DNA of 42,049 bases from Catajapyx aquilonaris. Taxonomy: Eukaryota. The DNA is taken from positions 1-42,049 of the forward strand of contig JYFJ02003418.1 in assembly GCA_000934665.2 (NCBI GenBank), written 5' to 3'. Below are positions 24,913 to 37,301 of the stretch, piece by piece. The notes under the pieces were generated by a model, which worked only from the letters and a program-made list of their open reading frames with translations, did no database searches and had not been told where the DNA came from. Each line of letters opens with the position of its first letter. The first letter of the stretch is position 1. Made by a program: the position numbers and the translations under genes.

Positions 24913-27692
24913 GTAAGCAGAGATTCCCAGAACAAGTGACTAGATGCATCAAGGACTCGGGTAGAGGACTCTTGGGATGGATCTGGATCACGGGATGGGG
25001 ATGGGAATATACATTTTTTTCCCAAAGGTCAGCAGGTGTTGGTGGGAAATGACCCGGAGTGGACAAGAAACCCATCGCCAAAGGTTTAGTAGGGAAGGAC
25101 ATTTTGCTTGGGGGAACTTTATCATGGGGCCGATAATATAATAATTGTGTCTAGGCCGAGTGTGTTTGGTGTGTTTTTTCTCTTTTTGAACCTTTACAGG
25201 AAGGTGGGGGTTAAAGGGCGGGGGTAGGTGGGAGGCACACAGTCAAGTGACCAGTTCGCCAGTGGTGACGTCGAGAGGTATAGCAGTGGCAGGGGGAGAG
25301 GTATACATTTCTACAAAAACGTTCAGCAATCGCGCCAAAGCCAAGGGCGGTCAGTGGGCAACGTTACGTCGCATAGAAACGGTGGCAGTGCCACATTTTT
25401 CTTACAAACAAGTTTCAACGTTTATAAGGCCCAAAAGGTAAATTTTTCAGTCTCACCTTTGCACGATTAAAACTTTTTATACAACAATGGACTTATACTT
25501 TTGCGAGGTTTCCAAAAGGGTGCGCAACACAGCCACCTGGCCACCCTGGGCTTTGAGGCGGTTACAATGGGTGACGTCACCACTTAGGCCCGCAGTTTGA
25601 ATCCTGAGCACTCGCGAACCAAATAAATAAATAAATTGGCGAAGGTCACTTGTCAGTTTGGGGGAGGGGGTCATGTACAATTTTTGGTTGGGGAGTTGGG
25701 ACGAGGGCGGGGGGCGAGGGTTTTTTCGTTTTCCATTTTGGAATTTTGGAGTTTAGGGTTTTTTGGGACGTTGAAGGATAGGGGAAGGGCTTTGGGAAGA
25801 TACGTCATGTTTTTTTTGTCTTTTTTGTCCTTGCGCCTGGTTGTGCCAGCGATAGGGTCACCTGACCACTCACTCGAGTGGCTCATGTTAGTATTATGAT
25901 TACAGTATTTAACCTTAGAGATATATTTGAGTGGCTTTTGAACCTTGCATGATGAGACGCGTGAGAGTGTGGTCCCACACACTATGTATTTTTTTACACA
26001 TGGTTTCCACCTACGTTTAACAAACACACTGCCGTGCCTGCTTTGTGAGGATAATTTGTTTCCAAGTAGCCAGCGCTGCAAACTGGGGGGAAGTTGCCCG
26101 TGATTTACAGCCGAGACTTTGAAAAAGAAAAACATAATAACACAAGGAGACAAAATCATAAGTAAATCAAGGACACAAAAATGGAAATAAAAGAGCTTCT
26201 ATTGGAATGCATCTTTAATGTTGTGGGATTATTAGGAGACTTCACCCAAATATAATAATTATAATATATAATAAAAAGGGGAATAAACTGACGATAAATT
26301 TTTACCCGTACGGAACACAGGGGGAAATAATCGTACAAACAAAAGTAATAAAAGTGCTTGGACAATGTTGGGAGTTGTGAAATTTTATCCTTGTCAACGT
26401 TTTGTGATGTAAATCTCATGATTGTTATCATTATTACTCAGGTTGTTTCTAAACAATGACCTTTTTTCAATGGTTTTGTAACTTCTTCCTTTTTCTCATC
26501 CTTCCATGTACTGGATGTATCACGAAATATTAGGAAGTTAAATTTTTTACAATAACGAAAAGACAGCAGAAAAACGAGGCAAAAATTAGGTTCATGATAA
26601 ATTGGGGACGATCGAAAAGTTCGTGTTCTGAAAATGAAATAGGAATGAAATTTCACATAAATCTCTGGGAAACCATTTCAAGGCTCTCAAATAGTTCCAA
26701 AATTCTTCCCTCACTACGAAAAGGGGTACTGGAATCTTGAAATTTTATGCCTGAATCTCATCTTCATACCCAGGCCACGAATATTTAGACCGTCCCTCAT
26801 AAATGGTTCAAAGCGTATAAAATAAAGATAGAACAAAGATCTTTGGATCGCAAAAGGTGGAAGGTTTATCATATGGGGAAAGTTATACTTTTGAGGAAAA
26901 CCAAAATAAAAGAAGGAAATACTGTGATGCATACAATCGCCAAAGGAGAAGAACGAAAGAGGCTTAGAGGAAAATCCCCATGATTTTTTCATTTAGTTTT
27001 GCAAACTGGACAGGGTTGACTAGGATACTCATCACATGACCTGAGCCAACTCTGATTAGGTTAAAGTGAGATCATGTGATATACTTTACATAATACAAAA
27101 TAAAAATACTACATCTATACAAATGAAAGAATGTGCGCGTAAGTTGGAAATGATAAATAGGAATGTTTCCAAGTTTTTCACGAACGTGTGGTGGATTTAT
27201 GATTTTCCTTTATCATCGTGAGTAGTGTTTGCAACCTGACTTTGGACTCTAAAAAGTGGCCTAAACGGTTTGCATGAACTCCAATATTGTTGCGAGACAA
27301 AAATTAACAACAATCACTTTTTTATCACTTTTTTGTCGTCGGTCTCAAAAAGGCAGAAGCACAAAATAAGGAGATACCAAAATTTGTATTCGTTAACTCG
27401 ACTCCTTTTTGTCATATCAATCACTTTTTGCATGAAAAATAGTTACAAACCTATTTATTTACAATGATCACGTTTAGAATAATCACGTTTAGAATAATCA
27501 CGGTTTGAACTTGGAAGGCATGAGAAGGCACGAATGTTCTTCTCAAACTCTCGACATTTTTTTCCTCTTTTTTATCTTATCCTCTCTAAAACTCGACTAA
27601 AAAACCCCCAAAAAATCTTTTCATCATCGAATCTGTCAGGAAAAATCGTCGACTGACTTTGACTTGGACTCGACCGACCAACCAAACCTCTA

Positions 27693-27823
27693 ATCATCAT
27701 CATCTCATCATTATCATCACCATAATCATCATCATCATGAACATCATCATCATCATAATCATCATCATCTCATCATCATCTTCATCATGAACATCATCTC
27801 ATCATCATCATCTTCTTCTTCAT
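27693..27823. repeat. Degenerate (CAT)n repeat
   Basis: Interrupted atc/cat units. Confidence 0.9.
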
Positions 27824-29399
27824 CACACCCTTAAGAGATAATAATGTGAATCAAGTTCTTCATTTCGTGAGCTTGATTTCAAAGGTTCTCTTCGTCTTCG
27901 TCATATTCTTCTTCGGATTTTCCTGTTTGGCTCTTCTCTCAGTATAAGAGTTGGCTCCACACAAAGGAGTTCAAACACTGAGTCCACTCGAACACAGAGA
28001 AGAACACTTTGCTATTGTTGTTGAATATTTTTCACTTTTCACTCTTGCGATAATATTCGTTGGAGTTTTGCCTCCTCTTCCTTAAAACCAGTCTTGAATA
28101 GTTTGTTTCTTTCTCCAACCACCACAAGTTTTATCACTAGAGATGTCACGTCGTCTGTATGTATATTATTTATATATGTATATTTATGTATATATTATAT
28201 TATAATATTATATTCCGCATTGGTTGTTTCATCAACACTGGGCAGCCAATAGGAAAAGAGGTCTCCGTGTGTCTTGTGTGTTTTTATCTCTTTTTGTATA
28301 TCTCAGCTCGATCAATCAAGCCACACACTTAACAAGTCTACTCGAACTCAACAGTGATTATTTCCTACAACACACGCAGCAGCAATATGAAAAATCAAAA
28401 CGCAATAATTATTAGTTAGTATTATTGGGTTAAGATCCTTAATGATTATTACTATAGACACCAACACTGAGTCTGTGGAGTTTTGGGAGTTACTGGCAAA
28501 AAGTCCCCTCTTAGTCTTTAACTAAAAAGAATAAGGAGATGGTATGGATTGTTCTGTGTGGATGTGTTCCGAACCGAAAGGAAAACGTAGAGACGATGGT
28601 TGGTATTTTTTCCGCAACCTTTTTCTTTCTTTCTTTTTAGTAGGCTTTGAGAACAGCGCCTCAAATCGAGTTTGTACTTTTTGGTTCGCTTATGTATAAG
28701 ATACATGTACACATATGTATACGGAGCGGGTGTGGACAAAAGAGACTGTGAGAGACTGGGAGTAGGTCCACGCCTCCCCGTTTCCCACACGTCCCATCTC
28801 CAAAAATCACACCCTCGTTCATCCCCCCTTTTCATTTTTATCCAAAATAGCCGTCTTTTTGACTTTATTATTATTAGTATTATTATTATACGCTCAAGTC
28901 GAATCAAAGGGGGTGACATTTTACCTGATGCTCCGAGAGGATTTTTTGCGTGATGGACTCGACCGCCATCGCACACGATAAAAAATGCGTAAAAAAAAGT
29001 CCCTCTCGCTCCTTATCTAACGCTTGTTGCGGGGAAACAGACGAAGAAACATACTGTACAGAAAACTTGGTTAGTGGAAAAATCCGCTTGATTTCTTGGT
29101 TGTGAGGGCGGTGGGGAGACCTTTCTTGGGGGTGGGGGGCAGAATTGAAGAGAACTACTTATATCTGCAGCTGTGTACAAGTCTCGCTTGTCAACTAATT
29201 TTTCTTCCTCTTCCATTCTTGCTCCTCTTCCTCCAGTTCCCTCCTCCTCTCCTCTTGCCTTTGAATCACTGGCGGAATATTTGATTTTTTTCCTTGCCTA
29301 ACCCAAAAAAAAATCAGAGCAGAGGGATAGTTGCCCTCTGGTCAGGGGGAAATACTCACAAACAGCTCCTTCCTTCTCTCATTATTTGCGGGCCTAGCA

Positions 29400-29579
29400 T
29401 TACTCCAACTGTTCTAAGAAATTGGGTGACTTGAAATACTCGGGGACGGGGTCGTCCATCCGGGAGATGATTTTGTAGATGGATTTCTTCCAACTCTGCT
29501 CTGAGTCCTTGCCGGCGTGGATGGCCTTGAAGAACTCGCGCAGTGTTTGTTCCACCACGAACCGGAAGTTGGGCGGAAC
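29400..29579 (-). CDS. pros: prospero last coding exon (Prospero domain C-terminus)
   Basis: Acceptor [71 protein letters not shown], the canonical Pros C-terminus. Confidence 0.98.
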   Translation of the reverse strand, partial: VPPNFRFVVEQTLREFFKAIHAGKDSEQSWKKSIYKIISRMDDPVPEYFKSPNFLEQLE

Positions 29580-31315
29580 CTGGAGTAAACAAACCCACTC
29601 ATCAGTCACACACATCTCACCTGACGTCAATCCCTGCAAGACCTTTTGATGCTCTGGGGCCACACACTATAACAAAGTATCGGCTGTCTCAAAATTCTCG
29701 TGGATACACATATACTAATCCTGCCACACACAAACATAAGCCTTTCTAAGATTCATCTGTCGCAATCAAGGTATAAGTAGTGCTGAAAAAAGCCTGGATT
29801 ATGCATGGCAGTAGTTCAAAAGACTTTCACGACAACCGAACACTAGCTCGCGATTCTCTGAAAGTACCAATTTCTGCCAAAAACATTATAAGGAAGTGTC
29901 CTGATTTTTTTAAAAAATTACACATTTCAATTTTTGCATTAATTTTGATCAGCACTACCGTTTTCTTGACATCTATCGAATTGGGCCTCATTTGTCAACA
30001 TATGTGACGCTTTCTTTCTTTCTGAAAACAACCCCACCAAAAATACACCGAACATCAACATGCTGGCACAATCAGTAAGTGAGAGGCGACACATACACGC
30101 ACACAAAGTACTTACAAAGACATTGAGATTGAAGGCCAATCCACATGGGAATAGGATAATGTTCAATCGTTGTGGACAAAAAACAATATTGGGTGGCGGG
30201 ACAGGAAAGAAGTTGATATTTGTCACGTCAGAGGGCGCTAATGTCAACCCGCGATTGGGCGCTGCCTACCGATTCAATTTTGAACTATTTACGCCAATAT
30301 TTTTGTCGGATTTGTGTGGGATAAATGCCCTTTCAGTAGGGGAGAGGCGGGGGGGAAGGGATGCGTAATTCCAATCAATACCATTCATCATGAGCCTGGT
30401 TTGTTTCTTTTTTTTTCACCAATAATCGTTTATAATATTAATTTGAAAAAAAGTATTGCCCATTATGAACAAATATGCAGTGAAAGCGGGTTTGAAAAGG
30501 TATATTGCAAAAAGGGTGATGCAGCAGTTCCATGCAAACTTTTCTGATCGGACTAACCCGCAGCAGAAAAACCAGAACAAAGCGAGGCTCCAAGTACGAT
30601 GCACAACAAGATCAGGGTTTACGGATGAAGGAAAGAGATAAGAACCAGAATTGCCGTGGTGACTTTTAGTTTTCACCTGTCACCACAGCCATTCCGAGTC
30701 CCGTGTGCGAAAGGGTGTGCAACACTCACCGCGAGATGGCGGTTTCGATCCCCGACAGCTCCCCCGAATATCTGCGGGGAATCGAAGGGGGTCAGTCAAC
30801 ACTCAACCTTTGGTTTTTTTTTTCTTTTTTTTTCTTCTTCTTCAAAAACCCTCTTTTTCCCAAACCCCCATTCCTTCCTTCAGGGTTTCTCTCATCCTTA
30901 ACGGGGCTGCGCGCGCGCAACAAATTTGGACAATAGTGGGCATGTGGAGGCAGGCGCCCATGTATCAAGTCTAGGTCCAGGAGAGAAAAGCGACAAAAGA
31001 ACCAAGGGGGGAAAGGAAGGGGGGTTGAGAGTTATACTCAACAAGCAAAAACACCCTACACCCATGATGGGAGGGGGGGGAAAAACACACAGCACTGAAG
31101 ATGCATGCCAATATTGGTTCCATACTGGGGGCGGGTAAAGTTCGTGCCAAGTGTGCGGAAACTTGCCTCTGACCACTCCCTCGTTCGGACCTCAAATGCA
31201 ACATGAATACTCACCTGACTGCAGGCCATCAATTCCTTAATTGTAGTACAACTAGATCTGCCCCTTAAGTAACGACACACCCCAAAAACCTATGGGTGGA
31301 CCAAACCATGCTCAC

Positions 31316-31460
31316 CTCGATGTGGTTGTTTCGGTTATAGTGCAGGTTCAGAACTCGGTACAGTTCTGAATCGCCGTTGACATGGAGGTCATCAGCACTC
31401 TTCACACCCTCGCTTAGCGCCTGTCTGGCGTATTTCTCCATCTGGATGTAGTAGAACTCC
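31316..31460 (-). CDS. pros: prospero homeo-prospero domain exon
   Basis: Acceptor CTGCAG|G; (R)[48 protein letters not shown]; donor GAG|GTGAGC, phase 0. Confidence 0.98.
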
Positions 31461-34400
31461 CTGCAGGGACCAAAGAAAAAGGACATTGTTAGACATCAGC
31501 CACCAAATGGCATTGATGAAGCCCTTCCATTTCCTCCCTTGAGGGGGTGCAAAAAAGAATCTAGTCAAACGGAGAGAAAATGGCGAGTCACTAGGGGGAC
31601 TTATCGACCACTCTTTTTTTTTTCTTTTCTCGCCTTCCGCTTTTAGCTTCCTTTAGAAAGCAAGTGACTCATCTTACTCAGCTGGGCGATTCGCACATGC
31701 AAATTTGCAAACACTACGACACATTTTCTCGCTAGTTGGATCTAAAAGTCGCTATATTTTCCATTTCCAGTTCTTATCATTTTCAGTATTGCTTGAAGTT
31801 GAGCAAAGTCTCCCAAAAAGCTTGGATGGGAGGTGGGTGGGGAGTTGGAGAGGTGCGTGTAGCCCCTCCCTTTTCTCCCCGTGAAACCCCCCCCCCCCTT
31901 TCCTCTGAGCCTTCCCCGAGTAACAAGTCCTTAATTTTCTCTGTTAATTAGCCATCACTAATTAATATAGCAGGCTCTAATTACGCCTCTGAAAAGCTTC
32001 AAAGAGAATAGGAATTCGTTTGAAAGACTAGGTAGCATTTTTTTGTGCTGAGAGAAGGCAAATGGGGGCTCCCTAGATGAAAGATGAGAAACAAATCAGG
32101 TATATGCAAAGCAGGGGGGGACGAGAGGCTAAGTTGGAACATTTTCGCCAAACTTTTTAACCGTCAGCCCTTTTTCCGCGAGTCCCGTTTAATTACTCCT
32201 CAAGTTGACAAAGTAAGCTTAAGATGTATACTTCTTTTTTTTAGTAGAAAAAATTCTGAGGACTGGTTGTTTTTCAGCAACCACAGGTAGACTATATAGA
32301 CATGGAAGTTTGTAAAGGGGATTGAACCCAAACCCACTGCCAGTTGCAGGCAGACTGAAGAGGTGCAAAACAAGAGGCAGATGCTGCTGCCCTTTTCCCC
32401 AAAACCGCGTAAACAACCCCTTTTCGTGCCAATAATCCGTCAGGAAACAAACAAGGACAGTCGCTTTGCCCATGACAGATGGCGCACTAAATGGCCATCT
32501 TTGGCCTGAAGGGGACCTAGAAATTCCTTCACAGCGCATGTTACTGCTCTCCCCCTCTCTGAATCAATACGATCTATTTTACATGCCCGCCTGCTGATGT
32601 GTCGCAAAATTATGGCAACATACAGAGACGGGAAATGAGTCACTCTTCCACCCCCCATCCAACCAGCATCCCCCCCCCCCCTTCATGTGATTCCCCTGCA
32701 TTTATCATCAACTCTAGGGACATCCCACCATACCCGCTCCAGTTACACTCCAAAAACCCGTCAGGTCTTAGACGCAACCACGTGCTGGGACATTTTGAAT
32801 AGAAGGTGGCACTATTATGATTTCGAGGCGGAGAGTAGGGGAGGGTTCCTTCTTCTTCTTCTGCTCCTTCTACTCCTCTCAGCAGGGTGCACGACAAGGA
32901 GCACACGCGGGCTGCTGACTTTGGACCGTTACGGATCCTTTGTAGGGGGGCACAGGACATTTTCCCACCAAGAAGAGCCACAAGGAACGGGAATCCATTC
33001 GAGATTTTTAGATCGAGAAGAGGGCAGGAGGGGAAGGAAAGGTGCGCCATATGTGCCCTGACTGAATTACCACTTCAAAAGATGGCCATTTTTGGACCAA
33101 ATTTTGGTCCCGTTGCGAATTTTTTTTTTGAGGGGGAACTTTTTGGGTTGCACCACTTGACGTTTTGGTTCGTATATGAATGACGTGAAGATTTATTGAA
33201 ATTCCTGTTNCCCCCCCCCCCCCCCTTGAACCACAATTTTTAGGAGAAGCTGTTCCTAATAATGTTAGATGAAAAGGTGAAGCTCAGTTTGCGAATTGCA
33301 AAAAAAACCGCTTATGACGTTTTTGTTTAATTTTTCTAGCAATGTTAAATAGCAGCCGATTTTTAGAGTTGGATATATATTAATTTGATTAATTCTTGTG
33401 TAGTAAACAAGTGTAAATCAGCCTCTATTAGCCACCACAAATTTATTTCAAGCTCCTGGTGTCTCCTAACTCCTATATGCCGATTTCTAATCAGAATATT
33501 GCAAAGTTGCGAATTTCCGCAATACCAGAATATATATGCCAAATCTGAATTTCACTTTTTCATCTTACAATATTAGGACCAACTTGCAATAAAAATTACA
33601 AAAATGCAATTTTAAGTGGAGAAAACTAGTAAAATGTGTGCAAAAACCAAATTTAGACAGAAGGCACTTACGGGTGCAGAATAATTCGCGACAACATATT
33701 GTCACGCCCCTTTCACATTTAGGATTTAGAATGTTGAATTTGCAGATGGCAATTGAATTAGCCGGCAGCACTTGACAAAAATGAACCCAGGCCACATTAC
33801 TGGCGACCCTACGTCCTGCTCTGCTAGGGAATAGTTACTGCATATTTTTTCGAGCAACTCGGGGCTCAAAGAACAGAAATAATTCATCACACCCCCACTT
33901 TTTCCCCCCCTCTTGTCCCATGTGGCTCGGGTCGCTTGACTCCTGCCATGTACCCCCTTCCCTGTCTCTCTCTGGCCCGCTCGCTTGCATATATATACAC
34001 ATACCGACACATACACACACCCACATTCAGCAACCGTAGGAATGTCAAGTTTTACGCTCCTGAATAGCACGTGCGAATCACATCATGGGAAGAGTCCAGC
34101 AACGGTCGCGTGACACTCGCTCTAAAAGAAACAACTTGTCAGGGGATTGGACAACTCAAATCCCCAGTAGAAACCTGAATTTCTGGCGTAAGATGGAAGG
34201 AAAGGTAAGCCAAGCATCCTCAAGAACCAGAAGGAAAAGACGGTTGGAAGGGATGGAAAAGGTGCAACCTGAATAGAGGAAGGGAAGGTGAATAAACTTG
34301 GGATGGGGGGAGACGGAGGACTTGGGTTGCTCAATAGGATGGATGGGGAGGAAGGAAAAGAAGGAAGGAAGGACGCCTAGTTTTCAAGTCTGACCCAACT

Positions 34401-35502
34401 AGTCTCTAACCTTGACTCTTCCAACGATCTTTCTATATAGTTTTTTTTTTTTTTTTCAAAACCGCCTGCTGTTCAACAATCGCAATTATTGGTTGCCGTA
34501 GAGGTTAATCAGACTAAAAGCAGTCTGTAGGAGGCCCTGAATCGGTGGTCGTAAAGCAGCCAGACGTCTCCACCATTACTACCAAGAGCCATCAAGAAGC
34601 AAAAACCGCCGGTTATAAGACGGCTAATGAAAATGTGCGGCTACGATTGGTTGTTATGAAACGGTGCCAACTGCCTAAGAGGAAAACAACTAGGCACAGA
34701 AGCAATTTTCTAATCAGCCAATATCGCACATACACAAGAGAGGCAATTTCGCAAATGGATCAAGATTTACTAAATCTACATCTAGAATCATTGATGGATT
34801 TTATTTTAAAACCAAGTCCATATGTTTGGAAGGCGATTACCCCCTCTCTAAAAATGGTAGGATGGACGGCTTTTCTTTAGAAGGGAAATTGATGTCCGTC
34901 AGTCCCCCCCCCCTCCCCTCATATGAACGTCCCCTGTAGTTCCGGCCACCCACCCCACCCAACCCTACCGGAATGGAAAATGGAGATTTTGTGCCTGGAC
35001 GGCACATTTGGGAGGCTTACCAACGCACCAGCGACCTCACGTATAGCAGCTTCAAGAGGAATTTCCACCACCACCCCTCCCCCTCACTCCCAACCCCACC
35101 CTCCCCCATCCCCATCTCGTGGGGATTTGCCCACATTTGCCCAGCCAAGAGGACCAGGACGTCGGATTAGGCAAATTGCACACTTTTTTTCTTCTCTCTC
35201 CCTTTTTTTTTTTAAATTCAACGCCACTCCCGCTGTGATCGATAATTTGCAAACCCAACGGCGGGAACCAAAGCTACTAGGGAGGGTGTGATGGGGGGTG
35301 GAGGTAAAAAAAATCCGCAAAAACCACCTTCGTATAACCTGGTTTTCTACATACAGGGGCACGCTGTGATAGTAGAGTACTCACATCCATTGACAAGAGT
35401 GTATTTGCTTAACCCCCAAAAATTTGGTCCATTAGTCCTCTTCAAGTGAAAAAGGTGTAATCCCTACTTTTAGTAAAATCCGGGTTTTTTTTTTGTACTG
35501 AC

Positions 35503-35657
35503 CTGAAGTTGGAGAACCACTTGACGAGCTGAGCTGTGTTGTTCTTGTTGAATTTGATGTCGGGGAAGTACATCTTGAGAATGGCGGAAGAAGGATATCG
35601 CACCCAGAAGAACATCAGCTTGGCCTTGCGGAGGTGCATGGGGGTCAGCGTCGAGGA
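35503..35657 (-). CDS. pros: prospero homeodomain exon (starts at 35706 in the U2-spliced isoform)
   Basis: [51 protein letters not shown](R); donor AG|GTCAGT at 35502, phase 2. Confidence 0.98.
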
Positions 35658-37301
35658 GTGTCCGCCAGTCAAGGACATATCGGGGCCGCCCATGTGGTCA
35701 CAAGACCTGCGGGCGTGGCCTTATGATAGTACGCGGGGCAGAGCCAATGTTCTTCCATACACAACAATCAACGAAAAATTAAAGAGGAGAAAAAAAACGT
35801 GCAAAAAAACACGTCTTGGTGACAACAATACGTGCAAATATATACACATTTTTGGAAATTAATTGGCTCTACCCAAAACTTAAAATCAAAACGAAAGTTG
35901 CACACTTGGTTTGGATTAGTTCATAATAATATGTGATTTTGATATGCACTCATGATTGGTATTTTTGTTTATTCAGAACTGTGCCCTATTCTTCTATCGT
36001 TCAGACGTAGCCTGTTGTTCGGTTGGAATGTGAGCATATGCATGTGCGAAAAAATTGTAAAAACCACCTGCTCAGCTAATGAGGAAAATAGCTCCTGAGA
36101 GGAGGCCAGGTTGGGCTGCATACTTTTATGCTACCATATAGGTAAACACGTGAAAAAGATGGTACGAGTTCGCATATAAGGCTGTTTGTGCTATCCTCGC
36201 ACAAACAGCTATCAATAACCATTGTTCTTGCAGTGACTGCTAGTGACAGCAGACATATGCGTCTTGCCAAGTGTTGCCCTCATTTCATCATGCTCCTTTT
36301 CATCATTGTCCTATGCGACCAGACATTAGCAAAGATTATTCTGCACACGGTCACAAAATGGCTATAAAAATAACAGCTTCCTCCCAGATAAAGTTAGCAT
36401 CAAAAATTGTTCAATTTAGTTTTGTGCAGCCCTATATATATCTCTGAAAATAAATCCCTCTTTTATGCCCTTTTCGTGGTGTAAAGGTCACTATATGGTG
36501 TACGTGGCTGAGTATGAGTGTACCTATTGTGCATGACACATGCACGTAAGAGAGTGAATCACTACCATCTGGAGAAGCAGACAAGGCAGACAATGCTCGG
36601 GGGCCCACAACAGGTGAATCTGTCTTACTCGAATTGTCAACGTTCGGAATACATTTACTGGGAGATAATTGCAACAGTCATGAATGCTTATCATTGCCAC
36701 ATCGTCGATGGAATATATAAATATAAAAAAATGAATGTGAAAATCATATTCAGTACTAGATCAAGATGCTCTTACAATGCTCAAGTGCAACAATCGTGCA
36801 TTAACCACTTATGAAAAAAAAGCACAAATAAAGCCACGTGCGTTTTGCATGTTATATACGGGTTTAGGGTTGGAGCTGGGAATATTCAGAAGAGTTCACA
36901 CGGGCTGTTGTTGTTGACTCGCACTGATTAGTGCGTACCAGCGACAGTGTGAACTCAGCTTGATTTCGTGTGGAAGTGTTGCCCTTACATTCCCCTTTTC
37001 AAGTCTTCAGTTTAATATCAGTTAATGCCCAGTTCTCTATAGCAAGTTGCATGATCTAGAACAAGACATTGATTAATAACACGGATCAACAACTTGTTCA
37101 GGTTTAATCATCAATCAGCACGCAAGTAAGGTCACATCCACAAGAACGACAAGTGTCCATGGCACATCAAACACCCAACGGTCATGCATGACTCGTGCCT
37201 CACAGACACTGGTCACCATCAGGACAGGTCAAGACAGGTCAAGATCACAATCATGCGGAAAGAATCACGTGGCTTTACCGTTCTCGGCAGCAAAAGGATA
37301 T
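35658..37301 (-). other. U12-type (minor spliceosome) AT-AC intron, 1644 nt
   Basis: 5' site ATATCCTTTT (37301-37292) matches the U12 consensus RTATCCTTT. Branch site TCCTTGAC (35675-35668) has its A 11 nt upstream of the last base of terminal CAC (35660-35658). Splicing gives in-frame ..[14 protein letters not shown]. Confidence 0.93.
35707..37278 (-). other. U2-type GT-AG intron nested inside the U12 intron, 1572 nt
   Basis: Donor CG|GTAAAG (37278) and acceptor CCCGCAG|G (35708-35707) are phase-compatible (CG+G = Arg). They add [24 protein letters not shown] in frame. The acceptor-proximal pyrimidine tract is weak. Confidence 0.75.

Larger units (their letters stand above)
18100..29399 (-). 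other. Putative long prospero 3' UTR and/or downstream regulatory block (distal end uncertain)
   Basis: Follows the stop codon, has no recognisable TE and no credible ORF, and is rich in low-complexity tracts. Minus-strand AATAAA occurs near 28865, 27455, 23300 and 21830. Confidence 0.5.

Noticed and set aside
18239..27532. miRNA seed matches on the pros sense strand (miR-279 8-mer at about 24937, miR-124 at about 18239 and 27525, K-boxes, TGCAATA)
   Set aside because: Such matches are expected by chance in 11 kb; conservation data would be needed.
29380..29402. Stop-codon readthrough of pros
   Set aside because: The stop is TAA-T and is followed two codons later by TAG; no extension.
20270..30790. 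Small hairpins at about 20270-20307, 20537-20581 and 30744-30786 as pre-miRNAs or ribozymes
   Set aside because: Stems are short or bulged, I see no match to miRNAs I know, and no hammerhead CTGATGA..GAAA core in a proper fold.
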